A stretch of DNA of 63,893 nucleotides, the filler included, from Octopus bimaculoides (Eukaryota): assembly GCF_001194135.2 (NCBI RefSeq). It is 6 parts of 5 records of this genome, joined end to end, with 100 filler letters (N's around TTAATTAATTAA, not from the genome) between each part and the next. Parts side by side here need not be neighbours in the genome. Positions count along the whole stretch, not along the records: positions 1 to 31,576 come from NC_068981.1; positions 31,677 to 36,298 come from NC_068981.1; 4 more parts are not named here. One strand, given 5' to 3'. Each line of letters begins with the position of its first letter. Positions within the stretch are counted from its first letter, which is position 1. Of the stretch, positions 24,457 through 35,530 are shown piece after piece. Made by a program: the position numbers and the translations under genes. The notes under the pieces were generated by a model. That model was given only the letters and a program-made list of their open reading frames with translations, was not told the DNA's origin and searched no databases.

Positions 24457-24619
24457 TTAACAAATGATTAATTTAACCCTTTGGAGCAGTGAAGGTATGA
24501 AAATTGACGAGGTCGTGAAAGACAATGAAAGGATTCTGATGAACTTGGCAGACTGATTGATTGACTAGACAATTAATCAAAGTAATTGAGTAGTTTATTA
24601 TTGAAATGGTTAATTAGAT

Positions 24620-24825
24620 CATCATCATCACCAGCATCATCATCTTTTGACATCCATTTTCTATGCTAGCATGGGTTGGAGAGTTTGACAGAGCTTGCAA
24701 GCCAGAAGGCTGCCCTAGTTCTAGTTGCCTGCTTTGGCATGCTTTCTATGGGTGGATGCCCCTTCCTATCACCAACTACTTTACAAAGTAAACTGGGTTC
24801 CTTTTTATGTGGCACCAGCATAGAA
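24620..24825 (-). mobile_element. Retroposon 3' end with (GAT)n tail
   Basis: catcatcat..ccattttctatgctagcatgggttgga..ggatgccccttcctatcaccaactac; homologous to 20790-21030. Confidence 0.6.
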
Positions 24826-25599
24826 AGAAGTGAAATAGAACCAGTGTGTGTTTATTATTGGCATAATGACCCTCTCAAAATACAACACAATCTGTTATAA
24901 CACATGAATTCCCTTCAAGAATCTTGCAAATCCAGTACAACAATTCACTTTTAGAAAGGGTGCAAGATTTAAAAAAACGAATAGGTCACCAGTTATGTAG
25001 TAATGTTACAGCTAGAGAAATACCTAAGATATCAGAATGACATGGTGTCGTTCATTTATTATTGAAATAACTTTTAGAGTTATAGTAATAACCAATTCAC
25101 ATACAAAATACATCTACAAATGATTTGCAAAATAAAATGACATGTTTCATAATGCTTATTCTAAAAATTCCCGGATTTGGTGTGATTTACAAAACATGCG
25201 AGTTAACTGTTAGAAATAATATTTTTCCCTTATTATTCGCTGAATAGAATTGCTTCAGTTAAAAACAATGTTTATGCTATCAGTTTGTGATAAATCAATA
25301 CATAATATCTACAGCAGGTGAGAATCAACGTAAATGGAATCCCACACCATGCCATTAGATATCCGGCTCATTTTGTTCAAACTGTTTTATAAAGCTGTTG
25401 TTTTATATTTATAAGAGAGACATCAAGATTTATGTATCACTTATCCTAATCATAGTTTACCACACGTCCAGCAGGGTCTCTAATATATAAAAGTGATCAT
25501 AGAAACAAAGAATAGATGCTGCAGTATACAAGTAATAAAGGCTAATTACAATACACTATATTTGAAGGTTTTTGTTGGGTTTTCTTTTTACCCACAAAG

Positions 25600-26040
25600 T
25601 TAAACACATTCCGACCGTGACCACTTTGTTCAGACAGTTTGGAATCGTTTGCTTTTGTTGAGCCACAAAGTCAGCTCTAAATGGGTGGAAGTATGATCAA
25701 AGACAGTCTGCCAATTGTGGATGTACTGCAGAAAGTCACTAAACTATGATATTCATCTTGAGAAGCATCTCATATAAATGTACAGTGCTAAAAAAGCAGA
25801 GAAATGTAATGGTAGCAGATCTGGCAATTCTATCCAGCATTTGTGGTAGAATTGCCAAAGCTGGGATTTCTGCATACTTGCACATCATCAGTAGCAAGCA
25901 TCCACTATCAACTGCAGGCTTAGACAAATTTCACTTCTACCAATATAGAAAAACAGTGATATACAAATCATTGGTGTCACAGGTAGCTGGTAGACTGAGT
26001 AAAAATTTGATATTAGTGACAAATCCAGTACTACTATTGT
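25600..26040 (-). pseudogene. Possible hAT-family transposase relic
   Basis: IKFLLSLPATCDTNDLYITVF..NLSKPAVDSGCLLLMMCKY..ITFLCFFSTVHL loosely follows the hAT pattern FL..LP..TTxxDIF..LSKxxG..TDGA..M..HC..H; in-frame stops. Confidence 0.3.
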
Positions 26041-26084
26041 CACTAATAATGAATTCTGTTCTATATTTAAGAGATGAGGAATAA

Positions 26085-26297
26085 TGTACCTTATTCACAT
26101 TTTACAGATATTTGTCCTCGTCTTGTTTCAGCTGATATACCCTCCAGCCTTCATCAAGTGTCTTGGGGAAATTTCCAGCCTGGGTTCTTATTCCTAAGGT
26201 ATTTTTTGATGTTATTATTATTCAGGTCACTGCCTGGAATCAAACTCGGAATCTTGAGGTTAGCAGCCCGCGCTTTTAACCACAATGCCATATTCCC
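26085..26297 (-). mobile_element. tRNA-headed SINE with hammerhead-derived 3' half (cleavage site deleted)
   Basis: Minus strand: gggaata-TGGCATTGTGG (A box)..ct-gct-aa loop..GAGTTTGATTCC (B box)..(aat)n..caagacac-TTGATGA-a-ggctg-gagggtatat-cagct-GAAAC-aagacgaggac. 18 nt are lost between two aaac motifs relative to the plus copy. Confidence 0.8.
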
Positions 26298-26427
26298 GTG
26301 TGCTTATGGCGTAGGGGTTATACTGTCTTGCTTTCTATGTCCAAGTAGTCTGCTCTCTCTAATTAAATAAAAATTAATAAAATGTTTTCATTTCATAAAA
26401 TTCAAATCAATATATATTAACCACTGA

Positions 26428-26572
26428 TAATCACATCGAAAAGGTTCGAAATATCCCTAAGACACCTGATGAAAGCTGGAGGGTATATCAGCCGAAACGT
26501 TGTGTTAACAACAAACAAGATGAGGACAAATATCCGTCAAATGTAAATAATGTAAATAATGTGAATAATGAA
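26428..26572 (+). mobile_element. 5'-truncated copy of the same HHR-SINE with (tgtaaataa)n tail
   Basis: acatcgaaaa fused to ggttcgaaat (internal deletion), then HHR, aacaacaaacaagatgaggacaaatatc and about three 9-mer tail repeats. Confidence 0.8.
26461..26506 (+). ncRNA. Type I hammerhead ribozyme motif
   Basis: gacac-CTGATGA-a-agctg-gagggtatat-cagcc-GAAA-cg-TT-gtgtt. Stem I gacac/gtgtt, stem II gctg/cagc, palindromic AACGUU stem III, GUU site. A.C mismatch at the stem II base. Confidence 0.8.
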
Positions 26573-27529
26573 TTCTATTTATAACCATTTGATCTTTTCA
26601 AGATAGCTTATGTCAGACTCATATTCTCTGAGATGTCCTTTCTTTTCTTTTTAAAGAGAGTAAGAAATGATTTTGAGGAAGGTTAGTCTGCTTTATCTAG
26701 CCGGTTGAATTATCAGGTTTAGGGTTACTCAACGACCCTTAGAATTAGTTGCAGCTGTAATAGAGAAGGATAGATTTGTTTGATGTATGAGAGCAACACC
26801 TAGGAAGGAAATATTTGATTATTTCTTTACATTGTTAATTTGGAAACCCAAATCCCCAATCATCCCCAGAATTCCCACATCCAAAGATATTCACAAATTC
26901 GTAATTGAATTGCTACGAGTAAAAATACTGTTAAACAGTTGAGAGTCTACCTAGAACTCTTCTTACAACATTTGTATTCAGTTTACATTGAAATATAGAA
27001 TAATTGAATCATTTTACTGAGATGTTTCATAAAGTATTCACAGAACTCCCAATAGCAGTTGTAAGAAAAGAATGTCATCTGAATCACTAATGACAAAGAA
27101 ATTGTTATTGCTTGGTAGACCTGGATAATTCTTATTAACCCAAGGCATAGTTAAAAAAAACAAACCCAGTTTAAATGACATATTTGATTAGCAATTATGA
27201 TAAAAACCATACCATCTTTAATAGACACCAATCTGTTCTAAGACTTACACATAGCAGAGAATATATTGAAGCCGATGATCTGGTTGCTACATAGAACAGC
27301 CTCAGAGACTGCATTAAATATATTTCTTGTTACTCTCTGTCAGGACTTCCATCAGTCAAAGGTGGGTGGAATATAAAAAAAAATGAATAGAATGTTTAAA
27401 CCATGTTTTTTAAAGGAAATTCTTTATGCGTATCAAAATATTTTACTGTATATTACTATTTACAATTGTCCAATCGTAGAGAATATTCTGCTAGATGAGG
27501 GCGGGGAGGTAATAAAGTAACCAGTTAGA

Positions 27530-27740
27530 GATTTTAGTAGAAGAAGAAGAAGAAAAAGAATAATAATAAAAGGAAGAAGGAGAAAAAGAAGGCGAATATT
27601 AATAATAATAATAATAAGAAGAAGAAGAAGAACAACAACAACAAGACGAAGAAGGCAAAGGCAACGAAGAAGAAGAAGAAGAAGAAGAAGAAGAAGAAGA
27701 AGAAGAAGAAGAAGAAGAAGAAGAGCAACAACAACAACAG
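27530..27740. repeat. (AAG)n/(AAT)n/(AAC)n compound microsatellite
   Basis: Direct observation. Confidence 0.95.
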
Positions 27741-28554
27741 GAGTGTTGCAGCTCAAGAATAATAAAAAATATCCTTTGGTTAAAAAGCCAACTTTTTTCC
27801 ATTTCTTCCAATATTCCAGTTTATTCTCTCATCAATGTCTTGGAACATATATTTTATTATTCTATTTTGTATTTCATTTATACTTCTTTCTTTCTTTTTT
27901 TTTCTTCTTCTTCGGTGTAATATTTTTCACTCCACTGCTTTGTGAATTTCTATCATATACTGCCCTAGAGCATTTTCTCAAAGTCTCTATAGCTACATGA
28001 TAGAAATGAATAAATTTTCCGAAAGTGCCAAGAATGTAATTAATGCGACAGATTACCAAAAAAAGGTTTATACTCATGGTTCCTTGTGGTTCCTTATCCA
28101 ATTGATTTTTAAAATATCGATTTGTAGAGAAGTAAAGTCATAGACGTTTTTTTTCCCCAGAATTTTTCCAATATTTTTGTAACAATTCTGTCTTTCCGTA
28201 TTTTATGCAGCCATTGAATATTTCTATCTCGTACATTTGTTGAGGAAATGTGGTGTAAACAGTTGATATTTACAGCACAAAATATGAATATGATGTCTTG
28301 CTTTCTATGACCAAGTAGTCTGCTCTCTCTAATTAAATGAAAATTAATAAAATGTTTCCATTTCATAAAACTCAAATCAATATATATTAACCACTATATT
28401 GATCAATATATCAATCAATTTCCACAAGCATATCAATCAACTGATCAATCATTCAGATATTGCGGTATGAAACATCAGAATAAAAAAATATAATTATGAC
28501 GGAGATATTCAATTCTGACTGACTTGTTTAATGCAGGCAGTCAGCCATATCAGC

Positions 28555-28740
28555 CTTAACAAAAACCCTGCCATGTTTCTGTCGAAATACACTGACTACG
28601 TTTCAATTAATTTAGAAAATTATGAAGAATTTAATAAAATAACTTTGTAAGTATTAAGCTGGTATTTGGCACATAAATTAACTTGGCGGAGCTATTTGAT
28701 AACACAAAACGCTCTTAAATTCACTTCAGATTGAAATTTA
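28555..28740 (-). mobile_element. Diverged family D-like MITE fragment
   Basis: tttcaattaattt..gaagaatttaataaaataacttt..attaagct..acataaatt resembles 23770-23860. Confidence 0.5.
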
Positions 28741-28844
28741 TTTTAGAAAGTGTCAAAAGCTCCAATGGACGATTACATTGTAGTCTGTCTCTGATGCAGT
28801 TCCACTGCACTCAAGCATGACATACATGCATACATACATACATG

Positions 28845-28879
<35 letters not shown>

Positions 28880-29390
28880 NNNNNNNNNNNNNNNNNNNNN
28901 NNNNNNNNNNNNNNNNNNNNNNNNNNNNNNNNNNNNNNNNNNNNNNNNNNNNNNNNNNNNNNNNNNNNNNNNNNNNNNNNNNNNNNNNNNNNNNNNNNNN
29001 NNNNNNNNNNNNNNNNNNNNNNNNNNNNNNNNNNNNNNNNNNNNNNNNNNNNNNNNNNNNNNNNNNNNNNNNNNNNNNNNNNNNNNNNNNNNNNNNNNNN
29101 NNNNNNNNNNNNNNNNNNNNNNNNNNNNNNNNNNNNNNNNNNNNNNNNNNNNNNNNNNNNNNNNNNNNNNNNNNNNNNNNNNNNNNNNNNNNNNNNNNNN
29201 NNNNNNNNNNNNNNNNNNNNNNNNNNNNNNNNNNNNNNNNNNNNNNNNNNNNNNNNNNNNNNNNNNNNNNNNNNNNNNNNNNNNNNNNNNNNNNNNNNNN
29301 NNNNNNNNNNNNNNNNNNNNNNNNNNNNNNNNNNNNNNNNNNNNNNNNNNNNNNNNNNNNNNNNNNNNNNNNNNNNNNNNNNNNNNNNNC

Positions 29391-29584
29391 ACCACCTTTA
29401 GTCAAACAAATCAACCCCATGACTTATTCTTTGTAAGCCTAGTCCTTATTCTATCAGTCTCCCTTGGCAAACCGCTAAGTAATAAGGACGTAAACACACC
29501 AGCATCGGTTGTCAAGCGATGTTAAGGGTACAAACACAGACACACAAACATATACATACATACACACATACATACACACACACT

Positions 29585-29624
<40 letters not shown>

Positions 29625-29771
29625 CGATGGGCTTCTTTCAGTTTCTATCTACCAAATTCACTTACAAGGCTTTGGTCAGCCCGAGGCTATAGTAGAAGAC
29701 ACTTGCCCAAGGTGCCATGCAGTGGGATTGAACCCAGAACCAGGTGGTTGGTAAGCAAGCTACTTACCACA
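29391..29771 (-). mobile_element. SINE family B, truncated by a gap and at the head
   Basis: Colinear with 30497-30894. Confidence 0.9.
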
Positions 29772-30496
29772 AGTAATATATATAACTTTTTGATTTAATT
29801 CAATTCTAATTCCTTTCTTTATTTTATTGTTTTACTTTTAATAAGCAACTTATTTGGTAATATGTTTTACAGTATTGATCTCGTTTCATAGATATTGATC
29901 TAAGCCTATCCATTTCCTTGTGCATTGTTCAAGGTTTTTGTTTATGAGATATGCTGTTCCACTAGTCTTTATTAAGCTTGTTTTTGGTGTGATGTCACGT
30001 TTGTAATGTGATGTAGATTGAGAAACAAAGTATCTAAGTAGCCTATGTTGTCTAAATACCAATTTACAACATTATGTTAATACCCTTTACTTTGATATTG
30101 TCAGTTTTAGTAATAAGTTGGTGGGTTCCCAAGCAGCATGTATACTTTTGACACTGCTAACACCACCAGATTGACAGATACTACCCAAGTGTCAAAACCA
30201 TAGTGATATTCATTTGGCAGCTGATGATAGGTATACACATTTGCTATGCTCCGGTTGGGAATATTTGATATCTTAGTCTCGTTATTCTGAGTTCTACTTC
30301 GTTCTTGTAAAGCAGAAAGCGTTTGTGGATTCATAATTTGTGAGGATCATATTGGTTGGTTTTTCTTCATAGGTAATCCAGTTAAGCATAGATAATGATT
30401 AAATATTGGTGGATCTGTGGTATACAAATATGTATATATGTAAATTTGTAGGTAAATATATATGTATAAACATACACACACACACACACACACACA

Positions 30497-30894
30497 TGTT
30501 CTTTTACTTTTTTACTTGTTTCAGTCATTTGACTGCGGCCATGCTGGAGCACCGCCTTTTGTCGAGCAAGTTGACCCCAGAGCTTAGTCTTTGTAAGCCT
30601 AGTACTTATTCTATCATTCTCTTTTGCCAAACTGCTAGGTTACGGGGACGTAAACACACCAGCATCAGTTGTCAAGCGATGTTGGGGGACAAACACATAC
30701 ATACATATACATATACATATATATACATATACGACGGGCTTCTTCCAGTTTCCATCTACCAAATCCATTCACAAGGCTTTGGTCGGCCTTAGGCTATAGA
30801 AGAAGACACTTGCCCAAGGAGCCATGCAGTGGGACTAAACCAGGGACCATGTGGTTGGTAAGCAAGCTACTTACCACACAGCCACTCCTGTGCC
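30497..30894 (-). mobile_element. SINE family B, full length, best-preserved copy
   Basis: Minus strand: ggcacaggagtggctgtgtggtaagtagc head, ccttgggcaagtgtcttc CORE-like block, internal microsatellite, tail gactgaaacaagtaaaa. Confidence 0.92.
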
Positions 30895-31095
30895 TCTGTC
30901 CATATATAGAATATGAGGGATTTAGTTCACTGGTGATCTAAACGAATAAGTACGTTGTGTAAGTACTATAATTGGTCATCCATTAGGTTCCAAGTTCACA
31001 GCTGAGGCTGGATCTAAGGATACATAGTAGGCTTCCAAGTAAGCAGGTATATACTTGTTGCCCTTATTCCTCTAATACATACATACGTATATATA

Positions 31096-31576
31096 TCAGA
31101 GATATCTGCACTTAAATGCATACAAAACGATGAAACAATAATAATTAAACAAGCAGACAAAGTGGGTGCAATCGTTATCATGGATGTGGAATACTACAAG
31201 GATTCAGTTGAGGAACAACTAAAGGATACAACCTTCTATTGTGAAATACCCTCGAATATAGACCACCACATCATGAAGAAGATCAACCACCTAGTTTCTA
31301 AACACTACAAGTCACTCAGTGACAACGAAAGAAACTACATCACCAACTTCGAACCAAAACCCAGTAACTTTTACGGCTTACCCAAAATACATAAGTCAGA
31401 AGATATTCAACAGGCAGTAAAAGAACAAGGAAGTGAATACATAAAAGTGCTACATCCAAAAGATTTAAAACTTAGACCAATTATAGCTGGCCCAGTATGC
31501 CCTACTCACCGTCTAAGCAATTTCATCAACATTCTTTTAAAGCCACTATGTACGTACATACCCAGCTTCATTCGGG
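31096..31576 (+). mobile_element. Penelope-like element ORF fragment (N-terminal to RT core), open up to the gap
   Basis: SEISALKCIQNDETIIIKQADKVGAIVIMD..FYGLPKIHK..LRPIIAGPVCPTHRLSNFINILLKPL. The IIKxADKG, FYGLPKIHK and LRPI motifs are diagnostic of PLE RTs. No stops in 160 codons. Confidence 0.92.
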
Positions 31577-31620
31577 NNNNNNNNNNNNNNNNNNNNNNNN
31601 NNNNNNNNNNNNNNNNNNNN

Positions 31621-31632
31621 TTAATTAATTAA
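31621..31632. other. Assembly gap spacer TTAATTAATTAA between N runs (also 36343-36354, 58187-58198, 60493-60504, 62594-62605)
   Basis: Identical 12-mer embedded in N runs five times; scaffolding artefact. Confidence 0.9.
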
Positions 31633-31691
31633 NNNNNNNNNNNNNNNNNNNNNNNNNNNNNNNNNNNNNNNNNNNNATATATACATATATA

Positions 31692-31862
31692 TACGTTTGC
31701 CATGATAGATCGCTGACCACTACACACATTTTTTTCTCTCCTTGCTTCTTTCTATGTTCCTTTCTGTTGAAGAGCATAGGCTCGAAACGTTAAAGATATT
31801 TTACTTCTCGAGCGTTATACTAATACATCCATTTGTTGTCTACACCACCTGTCTTCGTCTGT
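31692..31862 (+). mobile_element. PLE terminal (pseudo-LTR/UTR) segment with hammerhead motif
   Basis: 31760-31795 reads cttt-CTGtTGA-a-gagc-atag-gctc-GAAA-cg-TT-aaag (A6 to U lesion). Lies directly across a gap from the PLE ORF, on the same strand. Confidence 0.7.
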
Positions 31863-31915
31863 ATATATATATATGTGTATCTATATATATATTTGTATGT
31901 ATGTATGTATAAACA

Positions 31916-32342
31916 TTATTACTTCTAAATCTCTCAATGAGAGACATACAGTAACAGTACTTTAAAGTAAAGATTATTTGCCAACATAATGTGGCAGTCC
32001 TGGTTAGGACGAATGTTACTGTTATTCAACCCCAGCAAACATCGTCTCCAGCTGGCTATCAACATGCTATCTACGTCCTTATATTTTCGAACAAGGGAGT
32101 TTAATGTCCTCACTCAGCTCCAAAGCAATATCTGTGTGCCAATTGTCTGACGTTAATTTCTCTTCATCGGCATAGAATAACTGCTCGGCTACAGATGGCG
32201 ACACTAGATTCTTGTTCAAAACATGTATTTTCCAAAGTGACTGACACACAGTTACTGATGTCATAAATAGAAAATTTATTATTTCTAAATCTCTGAACGA
32301 GAAACATTCAGTAAGAGTACTATAGAGTAAAGATTATTTGCC
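31916..32342 (-). mobile_element. Retrozyme-like unit, second subfamily (360-bp monomer plus 67-bp terminal direct repeat)
   Basis: Direct repeats 31916-31982 and 32276-32342 (8 mismatches in 67 by eye). Colinear with 750-1135. Decayed HHR at 32131-32176 (tctatg-CCGATGA-a-gag..agac-aattg..cacaga). Confidence 0.7.
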
Positions 32343-32946
32343 GAAACAAGTAAAAAAAATAAAAGAATAGAAGGTTATATATATATTAGTAAACGAGAGA
32401 CAAACGTCTTACCAAACGTTCCTTAAATGTGTTGCAGAGACTAGGTTACTCTATACAACTAATCTAGTCTGCTCGAGATCAGAGAGACCTTGAGAGTATC
32501 TTTAAACGAGTGTTTATCAACCAAAACATTTTCAATGACTCAAATATTCAACCACTAGACATATCAAGGAATGAGTTTCGTATCTCAAACTATCTTTTAG
32601 AACAATGCAATTAAAACTTTCAAAGTCAGTTCAAATGCTAGGCGTTCCAGTCCCCGGTGCTATCTCATGGCAAATCCACATGTAGTAGTCATGTAATAGA
32701 ATGAGTTGACAACACTTATATGGTGCAAAATAGAAAATAAAGTAAAACGTATGAAGTATAATGGCAAATGACTCTGTAACTGCTAACGCACCAGAAATTA
32801 TTTTATAAATCACGCGATAGGAATTTTTTCGCATCTCTAATCAAAGTAACTAGGGCTAAGAGGTTTATGTTACATTTACATCTTTAACATTTTTTCAGGA
32901 TACGAAAAAAATACAAACATCTGTTTAAGTGTGTGTGTGTATACAT

Positions 32947-32986
<40 letters not shown>

Positions 32987-33474
32987 NNNNNNNNNNNNNN
33001 NNNNNNNNNNNNNNNNNNNNNNNNNNNNNNNNNNNNNNNNNNNNNNNNNNNNNNNNNNNNNNNNNNNNNNNNNNNNNNNNNNNNNNNNNNNNNNNNNNNN
33101 NNNNNNNNNNNNNNNNNNNNNNNNNNNNNNNNNNNNNNNNNNNNNNNNNNNNNNNNNNNNNNNNNNNNNNNNNNNNNNNNNNNNNNNNNNNNNNNNNNNN
33201 NNNNNNNNNNNNNNNNNNNNNNNNNNNNNNNNNNNNNNNNNNNNNNNNNNNNNNNNNNNNNNNNNNNNNNNNNNNNNNNNNNNNNNNNNNNNNNNNNNNN
33301 NNNNNNNNNNNNNNNNNNNNNNNNNNNNNNNNNNNNNNNNNNNNNNNNNNNNNNNNNNNNNNNNNNNNNNNNNNNNNNNNNNNNNNNNNNNNNNNNNNNN
33401 NNNNNNNNNNNNNNNNNNNNNNNNNNNNNNNNNNNNNNNNNNNNNNNNNNNNNNNNNNNNNNNNNNNNNNNNNN

Positions 33475-33523
<49 letters not shown>

Positions 33524-35240
33524 TCACATCTACCTACACATTCATGTGCAAATATACATATGCCCATACTGCTGCCGTCGTCATTTCTATTTGGAAAATG
33601 TGCTGTCGTTGTTTTATTTGCTTGTCTGTCTGTTTGCTTCCTTCTATTTTGTTGTTTTTTAATGCAAAATGCGGAGTAGTATATGTATATTTCACGTGTG
33701 GAAGCAAAATACGAATATAGTTAGCTGACGCGCTATGATATCATTTCTTCAATGACATTAAATCCAGCATACTCACACACAAACGTTAGCAGCTGCGAGC
33801 AAAGCAAAGCAAGCGAGTAAGGTTGGAAAACATGGAATGGTATTATATAAAAGTTCAGATGCACGATATATGGTACTATTATAAACGTTAAGAATTTATT
33901 AGAAGAGAAAGGAGAGCATAGGAGCGGTGGGGGCGTAGGCTTTCCTGATTTTTATAAATATCATTTAGTATTATCTTTTATTTATCTCATCTAGTTTTTT
34001 TTTTTTCTTGGAGAAATAGTTCTATGTATTTACAAAAATGATAAACCTGTAATGTTTTTTTGCGTGTGAATCGGTTTGTGGTTGTTGCCACTGTTGTTAA
34101 TTCTGCTGCTGAAGTCGTTGTTAATATATATATATNNNNNNNNNNNNNNNNNNNNNNNNNNNNNNNNNNNNNNNNNNNNNNNNNNNNNNNNNNNNNNNNN
34201 NNNNNNNNNNNNNNNNNNNNNNNNNNNNNNNNNNNNNNNNNNNNNNNNNNNNNNNNNNNNNNNNNNNNNNNNNNNNNNNNNNNNNNNNNNNNNNNNNNNN
34301 NNNNNNNNNNNNNNNNNNNNNNNNNNNNNNNNNNNNNNNNNNNNNNNNNNNNNNNNNNNNNNNNNNNNNNNNATATATTTTTCTTTTTTGTTGCTGTTTG
34401 ATGTTGATTCTGCTCCGTTTTTTTTTAGATACTAACTTATGAGTTGGGATTTCAAAAATGCAACAAGTTACACATGTGTGGGTGTAAATGTATACGCATT
34501 TACTCACATGCACACACACACACACACACACATGCACACACGCGCGCACACATATCCTCTCGCTCTTTCTCTCTCTCTCGTCTCACCCGGCCTCTCTCAT
34601 ACACACCACATAAACACTCATATAGGCATGTTGTGAAGTGTCCGTATGCATGTCGGTATATATATATGTATTATGTGTGTGTGTGTGTGAATATATATAT
34701 GTATATTCACAATCACACACACTCATACACACGGACATACACACCCTCATACACACATGCAAACACATTCATACACACATGAAAATATACGCTCATGCAC
34801 ACAGACTCATCAACACATACACTCACATTTATGCACACACATACACACACACGTGCATCCTGTTGCCTGAAGTTGACAGACACAGACATGCTTACGTGGG
34901 TAGTTGTATGTGTGTGGGCATGTGTGTGAGCGTGTGGCGAGGGGGTGTAAAAATATAAAAATCATATGGTGGTGCTGGCTTGAGTTCTCTTTTCAAAATC
35001 TGAGATCCCGGTTTCGCATTCTTTGCATAACACATTGATAAAGCGTTTTCTTTAAAAGCCTGGAGCTGACGCAATTCTCTTCAATAATAATGAAAAAGAC
35101 GAGAGTATATGAAAACCGAGGTATAACTGTGATTAAAATTACCATCCTTGTTACACACTGTGTCATGTTGATTCTGATAGAGGATTAGGTCAAGTGTTCA
35201 GCGGTCTGTAGAATATTCTACCTGTAATACTATCGAAACT

Positions 35241-35497
35241 GGCACCCCGTCGGTTGTGACGACAAGTGTTCCACTTCATCCGATCAACGGAACAACCTGC
35301 TCGCGAAATTAACAAACAAGCGGCAGAGCACTCCACAAATGCGCGTACCCTTAACGTAGTTTTCTGCGAGATGCAGCGTGAGACAGAATGTGACAAGGCC
35401 GGCGCATTGAATTACAGGTACAATTCCGCCGGGAATAGAACCCACGATCTTACGATCGTGAGCCGATTACTCTAATCACTAAGCCACGCGCTTTCAC
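35241..35497 (-). mobile_element. SINE family C with the tRNA head fused directly to the tail
   Basis: Head gtgaaagcgcgtggcttagtg..gggttctattcccggcgga joined to ttgtacctgtaattcaa tail. Confidence 0.8.
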
Positions 35498-35530
35498 ACT
35501 ATCATTCCATAAGCAAATAATTTGGTTGAG

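Noticed and set aside
26221-26297. Possible genuine tRNA-Ser gene
   Set aside because: Acceptor and anticodon stems do not pair properly and the sequence continues into a SINE body; it is a tRNA-derived head
25746-26370. Plus-strand ORFs of 112 and 98 aa
   Set aside because: Antisense to the possible hAT relic and to the HHR-SINE respectively
27480-27508. 29-nt AG/GT-bounded segment reading ENILLDEGGE, like the kinase KPENILLD motif
   Set aside because: Ten residues can arise by chance in 64 kb; I found no HRD, DFG or other kinase exons. They could lie in gaps, so RNA-seq would settle it.
35000-35045. Minus-strand gca-aagaa-tgc-GAAA-ccgg hairpin
   Set aside because: No CUGANGA and no NUH site
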